64,000 nt of DNA from Phoronis australis. Lineage: Eukaryota > Animalia > Phoronida. The stretch lies in contig NMRA01000060.1 of assembly GCA_002633005.1 (NCBI GenBank), forward strand, positions 907,865 through 971,864. Reading direction: 5' to 3'. The translations under genes were made by a program, and so were the position numbers. Below, piece after piece: positions 63,201-64,000 of the stretch. Numbering within the stretch: position 1 is the stretch's first letter; the number at the start of each line of letters is the position of its first letter. The notes under the pieces are model-generated. The model was not told the DNA's origin. It was given only the letters and a program-made list of their open reading frames with translations, and ran no database searches.

Positions 63201-64000
63201 GGCTACCTCTGGTTGGCTATGTCTAGCTATGGCCAGCTATGGGTAGCTATGGCTAACTTTGGATAGCTCTGGTTAGTTCTGGCTAGCTCTGGCTAGCTAT
63301 GGCTAGCTCTGGCTAGCCCTGGCAAGCTCTGGCTAGCTCTGGCTAGCTATGGCCAGCTAAGGCTAGCTATGCATGGCTATGGCTAGCTCTGGATAGCTGT
63401 GGCTAGCTCTGGCTAGCTATGGATGTCTTTAGCTAGCTATGGCTAGCTATGGCTCGCTCTGGAAAGCTCTGGCTAGCACTGCTTAGCTCTGGCTAACTCT
63501 GGCTAGCTATGGCTAGCAATGGCTAGCTACGGCGAGCTTTGGCTAGCTCTGGCTAGCTCTGGCTAGCTCTGACTAACTCTGGGTAGCTCTGGCTAGCTAT
63601 GGCTAGCAATGGCTAGCTCTGTCTAGCTCTGGCTAGCTTTGACTAACTCTGGGTAGCTCTGGCTAGCTATGGCTAGCAATGGCTAGCTATGGCGAGCTGT
63701 GGCTAGCTCTGGCTAGCTCTGACTAACTCTGGGTAGCTCTGGCTAACTCTGGGTAGCTATGGCAACCTTTGGCTAGCTATGGCTAGCTCTGGCTAGCTAT
63801 GGCTAGCTATGGCTAGCTCTGGCTAGCTATGGCTAGCTATGACTAGCTACGGGTAGCTATGATTAACTATGGCTAGCTCTGGCTAGCTCTCGCTAGCTCT
63901 GGCTAGCTCTGGCTAGCTCTGGATAGCTCTGGCTAGCTCTGGCTAGCTCTAGCTAAATCTGGCTAGCTATGGCAACCTTTGGCTAGCTATGGCTAACACA
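39243..64000. repeat. 10-bp satellite DNA, consensus GCTAGCT(A/C)TG, at least 24.7 kb, extending past the window end
   Basis: Continuous tandem decamer with variants GATAGCTCTG, GATGGCTATG, GCTAACTCTG; TAG/CTA give stops in all frames and the ORF track is empty here. Confidence 0.98.

Noticed and set aside
39243-64000. Satellite as a repetitive protein-coding sequence
   Set aside because: The 10-bp period cycles TAG (and CTA on the other strand) through all frames; no ORFs, and nothing in the window suggests a non-standard genetic code.

Overview
Eukaryotic (intron-containing, AT-rich, TTAGGG-bearing, probably invertebrate bilaterian) genomic window with assembly gaps (524-1032, 38402-39242, single Ns at 10506, 21705, 48607, 50205, 62946). 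From left to right: (1) the 3' part of a + strand gene (210-7057) encoding a polyprotein of tandem 92-aa amphipathic helical units separated by R-G-T/S-R sites, ending in an acidic spacer + RRR + an antimicrobial-peptide-like helical domain; (2) a repeat-rich intergenic region with TTAA-flanked Kolobok-like elements and a Helentron-associated (HINE/DINE-like) element carrying about eight co-oriented CTCF-like motifs; (3) an RFX4-like transcription factor gene (+, about 17289-33501, about 17 visible exons) whose introns hold a young L1/Tx1-like LINE that duplicated a splice donor, a gypsy integrase remnant, MITEs and a minisatellite; (4) a convergent gene for a small secreted NtA/TIMP-like protein (-, 35955-36533); (5) a (TTAGGG)n tract running into a gap, followed by about 25 kb of a quasi-palindromic 10-bp satellite (GCTAGCT[A/C]TG)n. 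Exon models were read by eye from AG/GT boundaries and frame continuity; homology calls rest on recalled family motifs, not on database searches.
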